From: an uncultured Desulfobulbaceae bacterium
GTDB lineage: Bacteria; Desulfobacterota; Desulfobulbia; Desulfobulbales; Desulfocapsaceae
Direction of reading: 5' to 3'
Length of the DNA: 51,803 nt
NCBI GenBank assembly: GCA_903891045.1
Contig: CAITDH010000086.1
Coordinates: 1-51,803, forward strand
Shown: one piece after another, positions 47,755 to 51,803 of the stretch
How positions within the stretch are numbered: the first letter of the stretch is position 1
How the letters are laid out: every line of letters starts with the position of its first letter
Position numbers and translations under genes: made by a program
Notes under the pieces: generated by a model
Databases searched by the model: none
The model's input: only the letters and a program-made list of their open reading frames with translations
Told to the model about the DNA's origin: nothing

Positions 47755-48314
47755 AGGTGATCGAGACACCTCTCGCCAGACTGTTGATTATTGAGCCCAC
47801 GATCTTTGGTGATGAACGGGGATTTTTTCTGGAGACCTGGTCGCAAAAACGCTATCAGGAGATGGGAATCAACGTTGATTTTGTCCAGGATAATCTTTCT
47901 TTTTCCCGACGCGGCGTCCTGCGCGGTCTGCATTTCCAGAACCCACAGGCCCAGGGAAAACTGGTGTATGTCCTCCAGGGCGAGGTCTTTGATGTAGCGG
48001 TCGACATCCGCCAAGGCTCCCCCACCTTTGGCCTTTGGCATGGGGTTATCCTCTCTGGTGAAAACAAACGCCAGTTCTGGGTACCGGCCGGATTTGCCCA
48101 TGGTTTTTGTGTGACCAGCGAGAGCGCACTTTTTTGCTATAAATGTACGGAGTTATATGCCCAGCCACATGAAAAATCGATCCGTTGGGATGACCCAACT
48201 CTCGCCATTGACTGGCCGGTGACTGAACCGCAGGTCTCAGACAAAGATCGTCTGGCCCCGCTGCTGGCAGATATTGATCCTGCTCATCTTTATGATTTTC
48301 ATGGTAAAAGATGA
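47751..48314 (+). CDS. rfbC: dTDP-4-dehydrorhamnose 3,5-epimerase
   Basis: '[12 protein letters not shown]' and 'RGLHFQ'. Start overlaps the rfbA stop (ATGA). Confidence 0.95.
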   Translation: MKVIETPLARLLIIEPTIFGDERGFFLETWSQKRYQEMGINVDFVQDNLSFSRRGVLRGLHFQNPQAQGKLVYVLQGEVFDVAVDIRQGSPTFGLWHGVILSGENKRQFWVPAGFAHGFCVTSESALFCYKCTELYAQPHEKSIRWDDPTLAIDWPVTEPQVSDKDRLAPLLADIDPAHLYDFHGKR

Positions 48315-49216
48315 CGAATAATTCTCCCATCCTGCTGACCGGAGCGGGTGGCCAGGTTGGGTATGAGCTGAACCGTCTCGCGGCAGAACAGGGATGCGCC
48401 CTGATTGGACTAACCCGCCAGCAGCTCGATATCGGGGACGCCGAGGCGGTTGAGCAGATCATGACCCAATTGCACCCCTCTCTTGTCATTAACGGCGCGG
48501 CCTACACCGCAGTGGATAAGGCCGAGCAGGAAGTAGAGGCTGCCATGCGGGCCAACCGGCAGGGCCCGGCTAATCTGGCTGCCACCTGCCAAAATCACCA
48601 TATTCCTCTCATCCACCTCTCCACCGATTATGTCTTTGATGGCAATAAAACCGGGGCCTACCATGAAGAAGATCCGGTTGCCCCCACCGGGGTGTACGGC
48701 CTGAGCAAATGGGAGGGAGAAGAAGCGGTGCGCACCGGTCTGGCACACCATCTGATCATCCGGGTAAGCTGGGTCTTCGGGCCGCACGGCAACAACTTTG
48801 TCAAGACCATGCTCCGACTGGCCGCCGAGCGGGACGAGCTGCGGGTGGTTGCTGATCAACACGGATGCCCGACCAGTGCCACCCATATCGCCGACGCCCT
48901 GCTGACCTTGGCAGACAGGATCAGGCAAGGGATTGATATTGCCTGGGGCACCTATCATTTTTGCGGTATGCCGGAGACCACCTGGCACGGCTTTGCCGAA
49001 ACAATCATCAAGGAAGCGGTAAAGTTAAACCTTCTTGATCACGCCATACCCGTGCATCCCATCACCACCAGCGACTACCCGACTCCCGCCCGACGTCCCC
49101 AGAATTCCGTCCTCGATTGTCGCAGGATTATGAAGACCTTTGATATGAAACTCCCCAGTTGGCAGGAAGGATTAACCACCATGCTGGCCCTGATAAAACA
49201 AGAAAAAAGGAAATAA
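48311..49216 (+). CDS. rfbD: dTDP-4-dehydrorhamnose reductase
   Basis: 'ILLTGAGGQVG', 'YGLSKWEGE', 'STDYVFDG'. Start overlaps the rfbC stop (ATGA). Confidence 0.93.
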   Translation: MTNNSPILLTGAGGQVGYELNRLAAEQGCALIGLTRQQLDIGDAEAVEQIMTQLHPSLVINGAAYTAVDKAEQEVEAAMRANRQGPANLAATCQNHHIPLIHLSTDYVFDGNKTGAYHEEDPVAPTGVYGLSKWEGEEAVRTGLAHHLIIRVSWVFGPHGNNFVKTMLRLAAERDELRVVADQHGCPTSATHIADALLTLADRIRQGIDIAWGTYHFCGMPETTWHGFAETIIKEAVKLNLLDHAIPVHPITTSDYPTPARRPQNSVLDCRRIMKTFDMKLPSWQEGLTTMLALIKQEKRK

Positions 49217-49217
49217 A

Positions 49218-50330
49218 ATGCTTTACCAGCCTGAAAAAATCCTGGTAACCGGAGGCGCTGGTTTTATCGGCGCCAATTTTGTTCATTTCTGGTTGAAGAA
49301 TTACCCTGAAAGCCGGGTTGTGGTCCTTGATGCCCTGACCTATGCCGGCAACCGCGCCAACCTGCAATCTGTTGAAGGCCAGGGGAACTTTCGTTTTATC
49401 CATGGAGATATTCGGGATTATGACCTGATACTCAGCTTGTTGCGGGATGAACAGATTGACACCCTGGTCCATTTTGCCGCCGAATCCCATGTCGATCGCT
49501 CCATCCATGGCCCGGATGAATTTATCGATACCAATGTGATCGGCACACATGTCCTGCTGAAAGCGGCCAAGGCAGTATGGCTGGATGGCTCTCAGATACC
49601 CAAAGCACACCGGTTTCATCATGTCTCCACCGATGAGGTGTATGGCACCTTGCGACCGGACGCACCCCCCTTTACCGAGACCAACCAGTACGCGCCCAAT
49701 TCTCCCTACGCCGCCTCCAAAGCCTCTTCCGATCATCTGGTGCGGGCCTATCATGAGACCTATGGCCTGCAGGTAACGACCAGTAACTGCTCCAATAATT
49801 ACGGCCCTTATCAGTTCCCGGAAAAGCTCATCCCTCTGATCATCTCCAATATCCTGGATGGCCGCGCCCTACCCATCTACGGTGACGGGCTACAGATCCG
49901 CGACTGGCTCTATGTCGATGATCACAACCGGGGTATTGATCTGGTTATCCGTCAGGGGCAGCTGGGCGAGACCTATAATATCGGGGGCAATAACGAATGG
50001 ACCAATATCGAGATCGTCAAATTGATCTGCAATCTCCTGGATGAAAAATTTGCCGGCAATGAAGCAATGAAGAAACGATTCCCCCAGGCCCCGCAGGTCT
50101 CAGGCGGCAAAGGTGAAGGATTGATCACCCATGTCAAGGACCGGCTGGGCCATGATCGCCGCTACGCCATCAATGCCGCCAAAATTACCACCGAACTTGG
50201 CTATTCTCCGATGGAGTCCTTTGAAACCGGGATTCGCAAGACCCTCGACTGGTATCTCGACAATGAAGGCTGGTGGCGGGCGGTAATGGATGGAAGTTAC
50301 CGGCAGTGGGTGAAATTGAACTATGCCTAA
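49218..50330 (+). CDS. rfbB: dTDP-glucose 4,6-dehydratase
   Basis: 'ILVTGGAGFIGANFV', 'STDEVYG', 'YAASKASSDHL'. Confidence 0.95.
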   Translation: MLYQPEKILVTGGAGFIGANFVHFWLKNYPESRVVVLDALTYAGNRANLQSVEGQGNFRFIHGDIRDYDLILSLLRDEQIDTLVHFAAESHVDRSIHGPDEFIDTNVIGTHVLLKAAKAVWLDGSQIPKAHRFHHVSTDEVYGTLRPDAPPFTETNQYAPNSPYAASKASSDHLVRAYHETYGLQVTTSNCSNNYGPYQFPEKLIPLIISNILDGRALPIYGDGLQIRDWLYVDDHNRGIDLVIRQGQLGETYNIGGNNEWTNIEIVKLICNLLDEKFAGNEAMKKRFPQAPQVSGGKGEGLITHVKDRLGHDRRYAINAAKITTELGYSPMESFETGIRKTLDWYLDNEGWWRAVMDGSYRQWVKLNYA

Positions 50331-50336
50331 GGACGC

Positions 50337-51539
50337 TTAGACTTCCGGCGATACCTTGCGCGCATACAGTACCGCACTGAAAAGGGAGAAGAGAAATCCT
50401 GTCTGGGCAATGATCAGATAAGATTCAGTGCACATGATGGTCAGGAAAAACAGGGGAAAGGCCAGACGGAGCCGCTCCCAGCCATCTGACAGAACAAAGG
50501 CCTGACGAATCTGGACCCCAAAAACACCCAGCAAGCCAGCAAACCCCAACAATCCCAATTGACAGAGAACAAAAATATACTGATTATGGGGATTGTCTGT
50601 TGCCACCATCTCTGGCGATTGCCTTACATTAACCTCAGCATAAGCCGACTGAAAATCACCTGTTCCCACTCCCAGCCATGGATTCTTTTTTATGATTTCC
50701 CAGGAATTCTGCCAGAAGAGCAACCGTAACCCCACAGAGGTGTTAGGATTACTTTTAAACTGGCGGACCTCGAGATATGCCTGATCTACCCGTCCATGAA
50801 AAACGGGACTGAACTGATATCCGGCGGTAAAAATAGCCGGAAGCAGAAAAGTAATGATCAGTCCAGCCCGCAGGATATGTTTTCTGAAAATCTGCAGAAA
50901 GAGCAGGAAAAGGAGGACAAAAAATACAACCTGCCCGATACGCCCTTCCGTTATAAACATATTAAATATCATAAGACAGGCCCACCCGCCCAACAGCCAG
51001 CGCAGCGTCCTGCTAACCTTGCCCCAGAACGCCTCATACAACAGGAGATAAATGGCCAAGGCCAGCAGAGGATTATAGATGACATGAAAGGTGCCAGGGG
51101 TGAGATGTTCTGTTGTCACATCCGCATAATGTAACAAACCAAACCAAGCCAGATAGGTCATAGTCATGGCAATGGTCATACCTGCCAGAAAAAATCCAAC
51201 GTACACCCGGCGAAGATCCCAGCGAACAGCCGTCAAGAAAATAGGCAGTAACATCAGTTTCCAATATTTTCCCAGGACCGCAAGACCACTGGCCAGGTCT
51301 TGCGTCCAAAGCAGACCGATCACATACAGGGCCAGATATATCAGAACCGCCATAACAACCGGATTGGCGGTGATCACCCGTAACTTTTTCCGGTAGCCTC
51401 CTTCAACGAGCCAGACAGCAAACATCAAGAGAGCAAGTACTGAAAGGACAGAGGTAGAAAGCGGCAACGCCAATGCCAAAATGGCCAAAAGCCATGCATT
51501 CAGACGGCCAGCCTGCTGTTGAATGATTTTATAATTCAT
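50337..51539 (-). CDS. O-antigen ligase (Wzy_C) family membrane protein
   Basis: 400 aa, polytopic. 'TEGRIGQV' and 'PHNQYIFVLCQLGLLG' are motifs of the O-antigen ligase/polymerase family. Confidence 0.8.
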   Translation of the reverse strand: MNYKIIQQQAGRLNAWLLAILALALPLSTSVLSVLALLMFAVWLVEGGYRKKLRVITANPVVMAVLIYLALYVIGLLWTQDLASGLAVLGKYWKLMLLPIFLTAVRWDLRRVYVGFFLAGMTIAMTMTYLAWFGLLHYADVTTEHLTPGTFHVIYNPLLALAIYLLLYEAFWGKVSRTLRWLLGGWACLMIFNMFITEGRIGQVVFFVLLFLLFLQIFRKHILRAGLIITFLLPAIFTAGYQFSPVFHGRVDQAYLEVRQFKSNPNTSVGLRLLFWQNSWEIIKKNPWLGVGTGDFQSAYAEVNVRQSPEMVATDNPHNQYIFVLCQLGLLGFAGLLGVFGVQIRQAFVLSDGWERLRLAFPLFFLTIMCTESYLIIAQTGFLFSLFSAVLYARKVSPEV

Positions 51540-51685
51540 GATGTTCGTTTCGTAGCAAATACCATTGTAAAAAACAAGGGTTAAATCAGTAATTGATTCC
51601 TGATTTTCCAGCGCTCATTGCTACAACCTTATCTTTGATCTCCAAACCATGAACAAAGAACTATATGGCTCTGTCTTATTTTCAG

Positions 51686-51802
51686 TTAAACCGGAACATG
51701 AGCCAAGCAGGCGTTGAGCAAACGCATTGGTAGCTCATATTCCCAGAAACGGCGATTAAACCGGTAACAAAATTCACTAATATATTCATGTAAATATTTG
51801 TG
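51686..51802 (-). mobile_element. C-terminal end of an IS1595-like transposase gene (5' part beyond the window)
   Basis: Hand translation of the minus strand gives HKYLHEYISEFCYRFNRRFWEYELPMRLLNACLAHVPV*. The 'YLxEFxYRFNRR' tail is characteristic of IS1595/ISXO2-like transposases. Confidence 0.5.
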
Positions 51803-51803
51803 A

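Noticed and set aside
1-51803. Looked for a CRISPR array, tandem direct-repeat arrays, DGR template/variable repeat pairs, integrase/att sites and toxin-antitoxin pairs.
   Set aside because: The repeats present are dispersed palindromic elements, not regularly spaced direct repeats. I found no cas, reverse-transcriptase, integrase or small TA-like gene pairs.

Overview
This is a chromosomal-looking 51.8 kb segment with about 44 protein-coding genes. I see no rRNA or tRNA genes, CRISPR array, prophage or recognisable defence system.

The gene content includes a Bat/MoxR aerotolerance operon, a TusA+DsrE-type YedF, an HdrD-like CCG protein, DUF342 and an ECF-type Ni/Co importer. It suggests an anaerobic sulfur-cycling Desulfobacterota-like (deltaproteobacterial) host, but that taxonomic guess is inference only.

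Gene order:
- fur (partial)
- TonB receptor / YfiR-like / hybrid kinase / REC-PAS-GGDEF-EAL operon (minus strand)
- ABC-2 exporter, tatD, tcdA
- nikMN, outer-membrane (OM) barrel, nikQ, nikO, behind a NikR-like operator
- NifM-like PPIase, DUF342
- CBS/ACT protein
- yedF divergent from lysR
- ilvD
- pilT-like ATPase plus Zn-ribbon pseudo-receiver
- aldolase/SDR
- ada/ogt-like
- rhodanese, CCG Fe-S protein, tandem rhodanese
- degP
- batE, batD, batB(C), batA, DUF4381, DUF58, moxR (minus strand)
- thiF
- LTA-synthase-like protein
- ACT protein plus DUF711
- rfbA, rfbC, rfbD, rfbB
- O-antigen ligase
- IS1595-like fragment

Most unusual observations:
1. At least four families of short palindromic or MITE-like repeats. 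Several sit inside operons and show compensatory stem substitutions between copies.
2. A nik operon with an embedded OM beta-barrel gene and a GTATGA-N15-TCATAC dyad.
3. An exported-rhodanese / cytoplasmic CCG Fe-S cluster with no membrane partner.
4. A TonB-receptor-linked c-di-GMP signalling module.

I cannot point to one clearly novel multi-gene system. The items above are the best candidates.
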